Source: Candidatus Taenariivivens baikalensis
GTDB lineage: Bacteria > Omnitrophota > Omnitrophia > Omnitrophales > Aquincolibacteriaceae
Direction: 5' to 3'
NCBI GenBank assembly: GCA_009691445.1
Contig: SICL01000001.1
Coordinates: forward strand, 1,738-65,737
Length of the DNA stretch: 64,000 nucleotides
Below are positions 48,969 through 59,272 of the stretch, piece by piece. The translations under genes were made by a program, and so were the position numbers. The first letter of the stretch is position 1, and each line of letters begins with the position of its first letter. A model generated the notes under the pieces. That model saw only the letters and a program-made list of their open reading frames with translations. It did no database searches and had not been told where the DNA came from.

Positions 48969-49297
48969 AACCGCGGGGCATCTCCCCAAAGGCGTTCAAG
49001 GCCGTAGTACTCCCGAGTATCCTTATAAAACACATGGACAATCACAGCGCCAAAATCAAGGAGGATCCAAAGGCTTTCAGCAAGACCTTCTTGATGGAAA
49101 ACGGGAACCCCCTTCTCTTTGAGGGTTATAACAATATGTTCGGCAATGGCTTTTACATGGCGATCCGAATTCCCATGAAAGATTACGAAGTACCGGGCGA
49201 CATTGGTGAGTTTGTCAAGATCCAGGATCAGCGGTTCTTCGGCCTTTTTATCTAGGCCGGCTTCACGGATAAGAAATGCTATCGCTTTAGGGCGCAC
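48965..49297 (-). CDS. rsfS: Ribosome silencing factor
   Basis: DKKAE, W.LLDFG.VIVHVF....R.YY.LERLWGDA. Confidence 0.95.
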   Translation of the reverse strand: MRPKAIAFLIREAGLDKKAEEPLILDLDKLTNVARYFVIFHGNSDRHVKAIAEHIVITLKEKGVPVFHQEGLAESLWILLDFGAVIVHVFYKDTREYYGLERLWGDAPRL

Positions 49298-49374
49298 GTT
49301 TCACGACTTTCTAGTGGATAAGGGTTAATGACGATCGCATATAGTACAACCGACCTTTTCCAATGCCAAACTTT

Positions 49375-50511
49375 TTATTTTGTGTGGGCTTGGCGGATGG
49401 CTTCAATCAAGATTTCCCCATTGCGTATATTGATCGCTTCAGATAGAGGTGTGCTGGATTCAAATGCGCTCGGACCCTTGAGCGCAAGGAGTTCTGTATA
49501 GGGAAGCGATGCCTCGGTTAGCATCCGGGAAGCGCTTGTTCCTGCGAGGGAGGGAATATTAGGCACTGCAAAACGGATATTTCCCAAGCTATCCAGACAA
49601 AGCGGGTTCTGGTAACTCGTGGAATGTGATTCTGGGAAATTACCCCCCTGATCAATTGAAATATCCAGAATGATCTTTTTCTTAATGATAGACGCTTTGG
49701 CAAGCTGGTCTTGGGTGATTACATAATTAGCACGCTGTCCCATTGCGTGAGCGCAGCCAATCAGGACATCTGCGGATTTCAGGATATCATCCAGGGAATC
49801 TTCGGGTGCCAGAACTGCAATGCCTTGTGAGGCAAGACGTTTTCGGCTTTCCAGATTTTTTTCAATCATGATAATCCTGCCCCCCAGTTTTTTAGCCACC
49901 TCAAGGGCCGCGATGCCGGCGACTCCCGCGCCAAAAATTACCACAGAACCAAGATGGTAGGATTCATTCGCCTTGGGATAAGTCTTTGCAATGGTTTCCA
50001 TCTCATCCCGAAAAAAAGGGTGATAAGAAATTGTTTCCCCAGCTACTTTTATCTGGGAAGGGATCATTGCTGCGTAACCGGCCGCCAATCCTCCCGCAAT
50101 TTGACTCATTGGTGCCAGCAAGGGAAGCCGGCCGTCTACCCGAAGGGTTTCAAAACCTACGGCGGTACACCTGGAATGAACCAAGGCGTCTTTTAGGGCG
50201 CAATTTTCCTGCGAGGCTAAATGAAGAAAGCAAAAAAGAGTGTGTTCTTTGCGAAGGAGAGGAAATTCTGCAGACAAAGGTTCTTTGACTTTTTGAATCA
50301 ATCCAGCCAATGCATACAGTTTTTCCGGGCTCGGGATAATCTGGGCACCGGCTTTCTGATAGTCCGCGTCACTAAATCCAGACTCCGCACCCGCTCGGGT
50401 TTCCACCAAAACCGTAATCCCCTTTCCAATCAAATGGGAAGCACCATCCGGAGTGAGCCCCACTCGTTTCTCCAGGGTTTTGATTTCTTTGGGAATTCCT
50501 AAAATGAGCAT
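49375..50511 (-). CDS. Alanine dehydrogenase-family protein (divergent)
   Basis: GIPKEIK..E.RV, KVKEP, LHLA, LLAPMS, GAGVAG, DISIDQGG, VPN.P. Confidence 0.8.
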   Translation of the reverse strand: MLILGIPKEIKTLEKRVGLTPDGASHLIGKGITVLVETRAGAESGFSDADYQKAGAQIIPSPEKLYALAGLIQKVKEPLSAEFPLLRKEHTLFCFLHLASQENCALKDALVHSRCTAVGFETLRVDGRLPLLAPMSQIAGGLAAGYAAMIPSQIKVAGETISYHPFFRDEMETIAKTYPKANESYHLGSVVIFGAGVAGIAALEVAKKLGGRIIMIEKNLESRKRLASQGIAVLAPEDSLDDILKSADVLIGCAHAMGQRANYVITQDQLAKASIIKKKIILDISIDQGGNFPESHSTSYQNPLCLDSLGNIRFAVPNIPSLAGTSASRMLTEASLPYTELLALKGPSAFESSTPLSEAINIRNGEILIEAIRQAHTK

Positions 50512-50516
50512 CCTAT

Positions 50517-52199
50517 TTATCCTTCGTAAACAAAGCGGTTGGTAATTGGCATACGGCGTCCAAACCAGGCTTTTTGGGTGACTCGTAAAATGGGTGGAGT
50601 CTGGCGCCGCTTATATTCATTGTGGTCCACTTTTCGGATCGTTTCTAAAATTACGCCCATCGAAACGCGCTCACCTTTCAGGGCGTGCGCTATTTCTTCA
50701 GGACTCCATCTCGTCTCAATATAGCCCTGTAAAATTTGGTCCAGGATTTCATAAGGGGGCAAAGAATCCTGGTCTTTTTGATCAGGACGCAATTCTGCAG
50801 ACGGAGCTTTCGTCAAAATGGCCTGAGGAATCACTGAACGTATCCCGTTGCGGTAATGGCAGAGGCGGTAAACATCGGTTTTATAGACATCTCCGAGAAC
50901 GGCAAGACCGCCACACATATCTCCGTATAAAGTGCAATAGCCCATTGCCAGCTCAGACTTATTTCCCGTGCTGAGAAGTAAGCGGCCTTCGTGATTGGAA
51001 TAATACATAAGTTCAATACCGCGTAAGCGCGCCTGGAGATTCTCCATAGCAAGGGTGATTTTCCCCCCGGACTTCGGTTTCTTTGATTTCATTTCGTAGG
51101 ACTTAAAAGTTCTCAATAAAGTTTCATAGTGGTTCGTAATGGGATGAATCTCGAATTTAATGCCAAGATTTTTAGCAAGATGAGCGGAATCCTCCCAACT
51201 GCCGCGGGAAGAATAGGGGCTCGGCATGGAAAAAGCTTTGACGGTGCCCGGACCTAATGCATCGGCTGCAAGAGTTGCGACAAGAGCCGAATCAATGCCC
51301 CCACTCAAACCCAAAATGACTTTTTTGAAATTATTCTTTCGACAATAATCGCGAATGCCGAGCACCAGGGCATCGTAGATTTCTTGGGGAGTGTTTGAAA
51401 GTTTATCGATGTTCATGGCGGGCTGACGGCGCTCAGGGGTCCAATTAAAATGATGAAGGTCTTCCTGAAATGCCGGAGAGCGAGTAATAACTCGTCCTAG
51501 CCGATCGACAAACAAACTGCGCCCGTCAAAAATCAGGTCGTCTTGACCACCGACCTGGTTGACATAAAGAATTGGAACCCGGTGACCGCTTGCCTGGCGT
51601 TGAAGCGTCAGTTCTCTATCTTTTAAAACCCCTCCATAAAATGGGGATGCGGAAATATTGATAATAAGGTCAGCGCCCTGACGGCACAAAACATCAACAG
51701 GTTTTAGATCATAGGCTTCGTCCCAAATGTCTTCGCAAATGGTAAAGCCCAGTTTTAGCCCTTTCCAAGAAATTATTTGAGATTGCCTGCCGGGTTCAAA
51801 AAAAACATCTTCCAGAAAAACATCGTAGGTTGGAAGTAACTGCTTCGAGACGGTTGTTAGAAGACTCCCATTGGCGATGAATGCCAAAGCATTTTGGCTT
51901 CGATGGGTTTTTCCCGTTCCTCTGTCAATAAATCCCAAAACCAAGCTAATTTTCTTTCCACGGGTTGCGGCGATAATTTTTTGGAGGTACTTTCCATTCA
52001 TTTGAACAAATCGGCCATTATTGGCAAGGTCCCAAACCGGATAACCTGTCAAAGAAAGCTCCGGAAAAACAATCAAGTCGGAGGCTTGTTTTTCAGCGCG
52101 TCCAATCCAATCGATGATTTTCTTCGTATTAGAAGCCAGATCCCCAACTGTTGGGTTCATCTGAGCAATTGAAATTTTGAAGGAGATTCGACCTATCAT
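50517..52199 (-). CDS. nadE: Glutamine-dependent NAD+ synthetase
   Basis: FPELSLTGY, ICEDIW, GLSGGIDS, NLQAR.R, TGNKSE, PSAEL. Confidence 0.96.
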   Translation of the reverse strand: MIGRISFKISIAQMNPTVGDLASNTKKIIDWIGRAEKQASDLIVFPELSLTGYPVWDLANNGRFVQMNGKYLQKIIAATRGKKISLVLGFIDRGTGKTHRSQNALAFIANGSLLTTVSKQLLPTYDVFLEDVFFEPGRQSQIISWKGLKLGFTICEDIWDEAYDLKPVDVLCRQGADLIINISASPFYGGVLKDRELTLQRQASGHRVPILYVNQVGGQDDLIFDGRSLFVDRLGRVITRSPAFQEDLHHFNWTPERRQPAMNIDKLSNTPQEIYDALVLGIRDYCRKNNFKKVILGLSGGIDSALVATLAADALGPGTVKAFSMPSPYSSRGSWEDSAHLAKNLGIKFEIHPITNHYETLLRTFKSYEMKSKKPKSGGKITLAMENLQARLRGIELMYYSNHEGRLLLSTGNKSELAMGYCTLYGDMCGGLAVLGDVYKTDVYRLCHYRNGIRSVIPQAILTKAPSAELRPDQKDQDSLPPYEILDQILQGYIETRWSPEEIAHALKGERVSMGVILETIRKVDHNEYKRRQTPPILRVTQKAWFGRRMPITNRFVYEG

Positions 52200-52229
52200 G
52201 AATACCTCTCTGGACGACTGGGGAAATTA

Positions 52230-52305
52230 TGGTGGACCCGAGCGGGATCGAACCGCTGACCTCCACAATGCGAATGTGGCGCTCTCCCAGTTGAGCTACG
52301 GGCCC
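52230..52305 (-). tRNA. tRNA-Ala(CGC)
   Basis: GGGCCCGTAGCTCAACTGGGAGAGC-CCACA-TT-CGC-AT-TGTGG...GGTTCGATCC...CCACCA; G3-U70 pair; encoded CCA; TTGCGA-N16-TATAAT upstream. Confidence 0.97.
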
Positions 52306-52349
52306 AGTAAGACGGCATTATACTGAGTACAGGCAGAATCGCAATGTTT

Positions 52350-53192
52350 TCAGCCAAGCATTTTTAATAAAATTTGACGAAGGGCTTCAAAAGCTTTTTC
52401 CTGACCAAGCTCGTTGAAGATTTCATGGTAAAAACCGTGAAACAATCGAAAATCTTTCCATGGGGCCTGAAGCTTCGCATAAAATACTCGAGCGGCGGAA
52501 GGATCCACCACCTTTTCCATATCCCCTGTCAGCACGGCAACGGGAATGGGAAAAACAATTTCCTTCATGGATTTTATCTGTTCCCCACCCTCTCTCATTT
52601 CGTGGGCAAGACGCGCTGAAATTTTTCTTTTGATAAGCGGATCCGTCCGATACATTTTTTGTTCATCAAGGCTGTGGGTTAAATGAGGCGGATAAACCGG
52701 GCTTTGATAGAGAAACTTTGGATTGAAATAATTAATCACCTTATTTATTCCAGCAAGCAACGGCGGGATATTTAATCCAAGACACGGGGACGAAAGTACG
52801 AGCCCTTTGATGCTGCCGGGATTCTGTAATGTCCACTGAAGTGAAATTAATCCTCCGAGGCTATGGCCCAATAGAATCATCGGCCCTGAATTATCCAGCG
52901 ATTGATGGATAAAATTTAAAAAGACAGAAAGATCTTTAAGATAATCCGCTAAAGAATCCACGTACACTTCCTCACCTTCGGACCTCCCATTTCCGCGAAG
53001 ATCAAAAACAGCAATCGAAACAGGAAGGGATTTAAGTTCAGACGCGAATTTTTCATACCGTCCGGAGTGTTCACCGTGTCCGTGGACGATGACAAGCGTT
53101 GCTTCGGCCTGAGGCTTTGGTAAATAACGATAAAAAAGCAGCTTCTGATCGAAGGTTTTGAAATGGCCGCTGCGAAACACGGAAAATTCCAT
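52350..53192 (-). CDS. Lysophospholipase / monoacylglycerol lipase (alpha/beta hydrolase)
   Basis: HGHGEHSGRY, GHSLGG, YHEIFNE. Confidence 0.9.
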   Translation of the reverse strand: MEFSVFRSGHFKTFDQKLLFYRYLPKPQAEATLVIVHGHGEHSGRYEKFASELKSLPVSIAVFDLRGNGRSEGEEVYVDSLADYLKDLSVFLNFIHQSLDNSGPMILLGHSLGGLISLQWTLQNPGSIKGLVLSSPCLGLNIPPLLAGINKVINYFNPKFLYQSPVYPPHLTHSLDEQKMYRTDPLIKRKISARLAHEMREGGEQIKSMKEIVFPIPVAVLTGDMEKVVDPSAARVFYAKLQAPWKDFRLFHGFYHEIFNELGQEKAFEALRQILLKMLG

Positions 53193-53197
53193 CGGGT

Positions 53198-55042
53198 TCA
53201 GAGGGACGGGAATGCTGCTTGGGAAAAAGAAGACGTGGCGTACATCGATTCTATCCTATCCTTGTAACGCTCTTGAATCACACGGCGTTTAACCTTAAGC
53301 GTGGGTGTTAATTCTCCGGAGTCCTGAGTAAACTCATTGGGAAGCAAGGTGAAGTATTTGATTTGCTCGAAACTAGCGAGGGAAGCGATTTTGTGCCGAA
53401 GATCCCCTTCAAAGAACGACATGATTTGAGGGTGCTTAAGAAGGGATTCATACGAAAGATCCTCAAGGCTCTCCTGTTTTGCTAGAGTCAAAACACGGGC
53501 TTTATTGGGTACAATGAGCGCGACAATATAATTCCGCTTATCCCCTAAAATAACAACCTGAGAATAAAAAGAGTCCGCGAGAATTAATTTCTCGATATTT
53601 TGAGGGGAAATCATCTTCCCACCGGAGGTTTTGATAATGTCTTTTTTACGGTCCGTAATCTTCAAATACCCTTCGGAATCAAATTCGCCAATGTCACCTG
53701 TATAAAACCAACCATCAATAATTGCCTCGGCCGTGGCTTGCGGATTTCGATAATAGCCGGACATGACGCAAGGGCCCTTCGTCAAAATTTCGCCGTCTTC
53801 GGCGATCGTCACTTTGCAAGGACTCAGGGGTTTCCCAACGGTTCCGAACTTAAAGGCGCTCTCAGAATTAACGGTGATGACCGGAGAAGTTTCCGTCAGG
53901 CCGTACCCTTCTAAAATCAAAATACCTAAAGAATAAAAAAAATCTGCAATTTCTTTATTAAGAGGAGCACCGCCTGAAATAAAAAAACGAATTTTTCCAC
54001 CCAGAACTCTCCTGATTTTTTGAAGCACTAATTTTTCGGCTAAAAAAATTTGAAGAGGGCCAACATCCGCCTTAATTTTGAGATACTTTTGATCGGATAT
54101 CTTGCGCCCAACGGACAAGGCCCAGAAAAAAATCTTCTCTCGAAAAGGGGGGCCGCTTTTGACGCCTTCAATAATTTTGGCATAAACTTTCTCATAAAAA
54201 CGGGGTACGGCAGCCGCGACGGTTGGATGCGTGATGCCCATATCTTCCACCACGGTTTGCATGGACTGGGCATAAGCAATTTTAGCTCCATTGAAAAGCA
54301 TGAAGTAATATCCAGCCAAACGTTCAAAAACATGACTGAGGGGAAGAAAAGACAACGCCAGATCGCACTCACTGATTTTAATCAGCTCTTGAGCCCCTTG
54401 ACAATTTTCCAAAAAATTTCTATGAGTCAGCATGACACCCTTGGCAGGTCCTGTGGTGCCGGAGGTGTAGATAATTGTCGCTAAGTCTTCGGGGTGTATC
54501 TGCAGGATCATTCTTTCATAGAGTCCGTCGTTATTGAGGCTTCCTAGGCGACCGGTTTCAAAGAGCTCGTTCATGTTTTTTATAAAATTTTTTTCTGTGG
54601 ATGGTAGATGTTCATCAAAAAGAACAACACCCCTGAGGCAATTAATCATGGGAAATATGGGAGAAATCCGCTCAAACTGGGCAAGGGTTGAAAGAAATAA
54701 AATTTCAGCCCCTGAATTCTCAAGGATGTGTTTGACATCCTCAAGTGAGGCGGTTGGGTAAATGGGAACCACCACAGCCCCCAAACTTAGAATCGCAAGA
54801 TCGGTGATTACCCATTCTGGCCGGTTCTCAGACAGAAGAGCAATCCGGTCACCTCGCTGGACTTTCAATTGATGAAGACCCAGGGCACAGCCGTTCACTT
54901 TTTGAGCGAGGCTTTCCCAAGTCATTACATTATATTTTTCTCCAATCCTAGACAAAAGAGCGGTACGTGAACCATATTTTTTGACTTTTTCCCAAAAGGT
55001 ATTCACGATGTTTTTCGGGGGTAGTTTATCGAAATCAGGCAT
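53198..55042 (-). CDS. Long-chain acyl-CoA synthetase
   Basis: YTSGTTG.AKG, EGYGLTE, TGDIG, DRKKD, LTPTLK. Confidence 0.93.
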   Translation of the reverse strand: MPDFDKLPPKNIVNTFWEKVKKYGSRTALLSRIGEKYNVMTWESLAQKVNGCALGLHQLKVQRGDRIALLSENRPEWVITDLAILSLGAVVVPIYPTASLEDVKHILENSGAEILFLSTLAQFERISPIFPMINCLRGVVLFDEHLPSTEKNFIKNMNELFETGRLGSLNNDGLYERMILQIHPEDLATIIYTSGTTGPAKGVMLTHRNFLENCQGAQELIKISECDLALSFLPLSHVFERLAGYYFMLFNGAKIAYAQSMQTVVEDMGITHPTVAAAVPRFYEKVYAKIIEGVKSGPPFREKIFFWALSVGRKISDQKYLKIKADVGPLQIFLAEKLVLQKIRRVLGGKIRFFISGGAPLNKEIADFFYSLGILILEGYGLTETSPVITVNSESAFKFGTVGKPLSPCKVTIAEDGEILTKGPCVMSGYYRNPQATAEAIIDGWFYTGDIGEFDSEGYLKITDRKKDIIKTSGGKMISPQNIEKLILADSFYSQVVILGDKRNYIVALIVPNKARVLTLAKQESLEDLSYESLLKHPQIMSFFEGDLRHKIASLASFEQIKYFTLLPNEFTQDSGELTPTLKVKRRVIQERYKDRIESMYATSSFSQAAFPSL

Positions 55043-55050
55043 ATTTTTTT

Positions 55051-55548
55051 TTACTTGGGAGGCATTGACTCTTGTGATGGTTCCGCATTACGGTTTTTAG
55101 GTTGGGCGTTGCCCGGCACCGCCAGCGGGAGTGCAGCGACACGAATTGGAATATCCGCAGCGGTTAAAATGCGCTGATGAAAAAGGGCTTGCTGGCGCAT
55201 GCGATTTATTTCAGCCGCTTGCGACGCATAGTTGGCTTTTAACGTATTATTGAGTTGGATGAGGTTATGCAATTGACGCTGGATATCTCCCTGAGTTGCC
55301 ACGGCTGACGGAGTGGTTAGAAGCTTCGTCGGGTAAAAATTTTTTATGGGAACCTGGGCTTGAAAAATAGGGGGGCGATTGTCGCTCACCGGTGTTAAGA
55401 CCGGGTCTGACATGATTGCATCCTCGCTCGGAGCTACTTTCCCCTGAGACGCGGTCGTTGGTCTCTTATTATCCTCGTGGCTAAATTGAAAGGCAATCGA
55501 GAACAAAACCAGCAGTGCAATTAAACTGTGTTGATAGCAAGGTTTCAT
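55051..55548 (-). CDS. Membrane-anchored hypothetical protein
   Basis: N-terminal hydrophobic segment, Gln-rich coiled coil. Confidence 0.55.
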   Translation of the reverse strand: MKPCYQHSLIALLVLFSIAFQFSHEDNKRPTTASQGKVAPSEDAIMSDPVLTPVSDNRPPIFQAQVPIKNFYPTKLLTTPSAVATQGDIQRQLHNLIQLNNTLKANYASQAAEINRMRQQALFHQRILTAADIPIRVAALPLAVPGNAQPKNRNAEPSQESMPPK

Positions 55549-55626
55549 GATTGGCGATATGATAAACCTAAATCGACATTTCCTCAAGGATTGGGATCGT
55601 TATCCCTGAAGGCTTATTGAATAGGA

Positions 55627-57651
55627 TTATTCCGAAATAAGGCGTTTAATTTCATCGATCTGCTCAAGAGTCTTTTCTTCTCCGACCCTCATAAATTTCT
55701 CAGCAGCATAGAACTCTGCCCAATGACCTTTGAGCACAATGGGATGAATGAGTATATCTGCCTGCTTAGCCCAGCTATTGGCAATTTCAAATTCCATAAA
55801 TTGAATCGTACTCATAATAATGTTAAAAATATTGACTTCCTGTTCCATTAAAATTTTCCGCGATTGAGGGGGAAGAAACCTTGCAAAAATATTCTTTTTC
55901 CCTGATTGTATTTTCTGTTCCTCCATTTCTATTCGGTAACGATTTCTTTCAATCCGCTCTTTGGGACCCGCAAGAACATTGACGGCAATTATTTTTTTGA
56001 CGCCGGATTCTGATAGAACCCTCACAGGCAGAGGATCAACAACACCACCGTCAAGCATGTAACGTCCCTGATGATAAACAGGACTGAAGATTCCTGGGAT
56101 GGAAATGCTTGCACGGACAGCATCCACAACACTTCCGCTGGTAATTGTCACCGCTTCGTAGGTGAGCAAATCGGTTGTTACAATTTTAAGAGGAATGCTT
56201 AAATCCTGAAAAGTCATATCGCCGAGATATGACCGCAAAAACCGGGTCACCTGATCCCCTTTTAAAAAGCCTTTGGGAAATAATGCCAGATCCCGGAACC
56301 CTACAAGATTAAGAAAGGCTGATCGTTTATCAAGGCCACGCGCAATAGCTTCCAGTTGACTCGATTTGTAACCCGCGGCCCAAAAAGCACCAATCAAGGC
56401 GCCAATACTTGTCCCTGAAATAATATCTGGGGAAATTCCTTCTCGCTCCAGAGCTTTCATGACTCCAATGTGTGCAAGACCGTAAGCGGCCCCACTTCCG
56501 AGGGCTAGACCGAGCAGAGTTCCTACCAACTCGCGGGCTAAATAGCGTACGGCTGCTTGATATCGATCAATGCTTTTGGCCTTAATAGGAAGCACCCAAA
56601 ACATTCTATTTCCAAGTGATCTTTCCTGCTCTGCCACCGAAATATCAGGCGTGGTTTCATCATTCCCCAAAAGTCGAATCTCACTCTTACTGAATCCAAA
56701 ATCGCGTTCAAATTTTTTAAGGGCATCAGAATAGGAGTCCAGAGTTCGGCGTGTTACCGGGGCATAAACATAAACATAATCTGATTTCTTAAGAACGCGG
56801 AATGAAATATCATAAATATCTGGAGGAAGGCGTAACAATAAAAAGTTGTAACGATAAGTCAAAAACGTCAAAAGAGTGGTTACTTTTTTATCACCCGCTT
56901 CTTTATAATCTTTGGTGAGAACTTTCATGTAATCGAATCCCTTGGTGTGGGGGACCAAGGATCGATTTAGCAGAGCTTCATTGGAAGGATCGCTGGACGC
57001 AAGATCAAAGACCGGAATTGGGGATTGGATTCCCTGACAAAGGATGGGATCCTGAAAATGCGCAAAATCAATTAGGGCAACTTTCCCTTTGGCCTCCTGC
57101 ACAATGCGCGCAGAAAAATCAACCCAAAATTCACGTGCAGGGTCACTCATCTCCTGGGTATAAAGCACAGCAATTTTGACCTCACGTTTTCCAGTAGGAT
57201 CTAAATGACGAGTCAAACGATGTCCGAGGGAACGGCTAAGGTGGAGGGAAATCGAGGGCATTTCTTTAACAATTCGAAGAAAATCTTCCCGTGGCAATTT
57301 GAGTAAGAGACCATCCCGCTTTGCTTCAACTGCAGCACTATGCGGCTGAGATGTCAAAAGCGAGGTTTCTCCAAAATGGTCGCCACGGTAGAAAAAGGCC
57401 AGCGTTTCTTCCGACTGGGTGGATCGGGCTCGCTTGAATAAGCGGTATCGACCGGAAATAACCACGTAAAAAAAATCGGACTGGGCGCCCTCTTCATAGA
57501 CAGCATCTCCTCGCTTGTATTCTTCCAAGCGGGCTATTTTTTGAATAATTTTCTGTTCGGATGCGCTTAGCGAAGAAAAGACAGGAATTTCCCCTAAGGA
57601 ATATTCCCTTCCGGCATCAATTTTTGGGAGCCCCAAATTAAAAAAAGACAT
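55627..57651 (-). CDS. cNMP-binding domain + patatin-like phospholipase
   Basis: GDHFGE.SLL; GSGAAYG, GTSIG, DGG. Confidence 0.9.
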   Translation of the reverse strand: MSFFNLGLPKIDAGREYSLGEIPVFSSLSASEQKIIQKIARLEEYKRGDAVYEEGAQSDFFYVVISGRYRLFKRARSTQSEETLAFFYRGDHFGETSLLTSQPHSAAVEAKRDGLLLKLPREDFLRIVKEMPSISLHLSRSLGHRLTRHLDPTGKREVKIAVLYTQEMSDPAREFWVDFSARIVQEAKGKVALIDFAHFQDPILCQGIQSPIPVFDLASSDPSNEALLNRSLVPHTKGFDYMKVLTKDYKEAGDKKVTTLLTFLTYRYNFLLLRLPPDIYDISFRVLKKSDYVYVYAPVTRRTLDSYSDALKKFERDFGFSKSEIRLLGNDETTPDISVAEQERSLGNRMFWVLPIKAKSIDRYQAAVRYLARELVGTLLGLALGSGAAYGLAHIGVMKALEREGISPDIISGTSIGALIGAFWAAGYKSSQLEAIARGLDKRSAFLNLVGFRDLALFPKGFLKGDQVTRFLRSYLGDMTFQDLSIPLKIVTTDLLTYEAVTITSGSVVDAVRASISIPGIFSPVYHQGRYMLDGGVVDPLPVRVLSESGVKKIIAVNVLAGPKERIERNRYRIEMEEQKIQSGKKNIFARFLPPQSRKILMEQEVNIFNIIMSTIQFMEFEIANSWAKQADILIHPIVLKGHWAEFYAAEKFMRVGEEKTLEQIDEIKRLISE

Positions 57652-57699
57652 GCTAGTTATATCGGCAAAAAAATAAAAATCCTCATGGGAATAATTTCA

Positions 57700-59193
57700 T
57701 CACGGGCAGGTTTGGAGAGCATGGTTCAGATTTGTTTTCCAAACCTCACGGAGCCCTTTTGTAGTGCTAGGTTTTTCCTTTGGGGAATAGCGGATAAAAT
57801 TTTTAGAATTATCAATATTTTTTTCGGATTTCCAAAATTTTATTCGACGGCCCGCAAGCTTTGCCACACCCCACGCGCTTGATTCACTCCTGTCGGAGAC
57901 CAGAATCGGAATACGGAGTAAATCAGCTTGAAACTGCATCAGAAAATGGTTATGAGTCATCCCCCCATCTACGTGAAGATTTTTAATCTTATGCCCGGAG
58001 CCTTCAGTCATCGCATCTAGCACATCGGCTGTCTGATGAGCCACCGACTCCAAGGTGGCTCGAATGATATGGGCCCGCGTTGTTCCGCGTGTAATACCAG
58101 AAATCTGACCACGGATCTCTGAATTCCAGTGGGGTGACCCCAATCCTACGAAAGCAGGAATCACGGTAACGCCTTCTGAACTTTTTAATCGATGAATTAA
58201 TTTCTCGGTTTCCTGAGCCTTTCGAAAAAAAAGCAGGCCGTCTCTCAGCCATTGAACTGCTGCTCCGGCAATAAAAATGGAACCTTCCAGTGCATAGGTG
58301 GATTTGCCCTGACGGTCGCAAGCCAACGTCGTTAAAAGACCGTGGACCGGTTCCGGGCAATGTGGACCAAGATTGAGGACAAGAAAGCATCCGGTCCCAT
58401 ACGTGTTTTTTCCCTGGCCGGACTCATAACATGACTGTCCGTAGAGGGCAGCCTGCTGATCTCCAAGAACAGCCTGAACAGGGATTCCCTCTGGAAGACC
58501 GTTTGTGGCGGCTGTTTTTCCAAAAAGGGCACCGGATTCTTTCACCTCGGGAAGCATAATCTTGGGAATTTTAAAAAGCTCCAAAAGACCACTGTCCCAT
58601 TTTTTTTCCTTTATATCAAAAAGCATGGTCCGTGAGGCATTGGTAAAATCTGTTGCATGGATTCGGCCCGCGGTCAAATTCCACAAGATCCAAGTGTCTA
58701 TTGTGCCGCACAAGAGATCACCGCGGTTTGCTTGTTTACGCAGGGAAGGATTATGCTCCAACAGCCAGCATATTTTCGTCGCTGAAAAATAGGCATCCCA
58801 AACCAATCCTGTTTTTTCCCGAATCCGTGTCTCAGCGTATTTTTCTTTAAACTTTTGACACAGGTCTGAAGTTCTTCGATCTTGCCAAACAATGGCTCGA
58901 TGCACAGGCTTTCCCGTGTGGCGATTCCAAAGAACGATAGTTTCCCGCTGATTAGTAATTGCAATGGCTGCGATTTGATTAGGAGAAATTCTGCCGCGCT
59001 TTAATGCCTTGTGAATGACTGACCGCACGCTGGAGAAAATTTCGACAGCATCATGCTCCACCCATCCCGGTTTAGGAAAATACTGTGTGAACTCCTGGTA
59101 AGAACCGGAGCTTTGATGGCCGGTGGCATCATAGAGAATCGCTCTTGACCCTGTCGTTCCTTGGTCAATTGCGAGGAGGTAGGATTCTTTCAT
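57700..59193 (-). CDS. glpK: Glycerol kinase
   Basis: IDQGTTGSR, NQRET, WQDRRT, GDQQAAL, KNTYGTG. Confidence 0.96.
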   Translation of the reverse strand: MKESYLLAIDQGTTGSRAILYDATGHQSSGSYQEFTQYFPKPGWVEHDAVEIFSSVRSVIHKALKRGRISPNQIAAIAITNQRETIVLWNRHTGKPVHRAIVWQDRRTSDLCQKFKEKYAETRIREKTGLVWDAYFSATKICWLLEHNPSLRKQANRGDLLCGTIDTWILWNLTAGRIHATDFTNASRTMLFDIKEKKWDSGLLELFKIPKIMLPEVKESGALFGKTAATNGLPEGIPVQAVLGDQQAALYGQSCYESGQGKNTYGTGCFLVLNLGPHCPEPVHGLLTTLACDRQGKSTYALEGSIFIAGAAVQWLRDGLLFFRKAQETEKLIHRLKSSEGVTVIPAFVGLGSPHWNSEIRGQISGITRGTTRAHIIRATLESVAHQTADVLDAMTEGSGHKIKNLHVDGGMTHNHFLMQFQADLLRIPILVSDRSESSAWGVAKLAGRRIKFWKSEKNIDNSKNFIRYSPKEKPSTTKGLREVWKTNLNHALQTCP

Positions 59194-59202
59194 ATAAACG
59201 AA

Positions 59203-59250
59203 ATCGGCTATAACAAGAGTTGCTTAAGCGCCACTCTTGTTATAGCCGAT
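59203..59250. terminator. Perfect 18-bp-stem hairpin directly upstream of glpK
   Basis: atcggctataacaagagt / actcttgttatagccgat; T-rich tail on the minus strand. Confidence 0.6.
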
Positions 59251-59272
59251 ATAACAGCAACCTCGAGGGAAA

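Noticed and set aside
52200-52349. Island integrated at tRNA-Ala
   Set aside because: No integrase and no duplicated tRNA 3' end; both flanks are metabolic genes.
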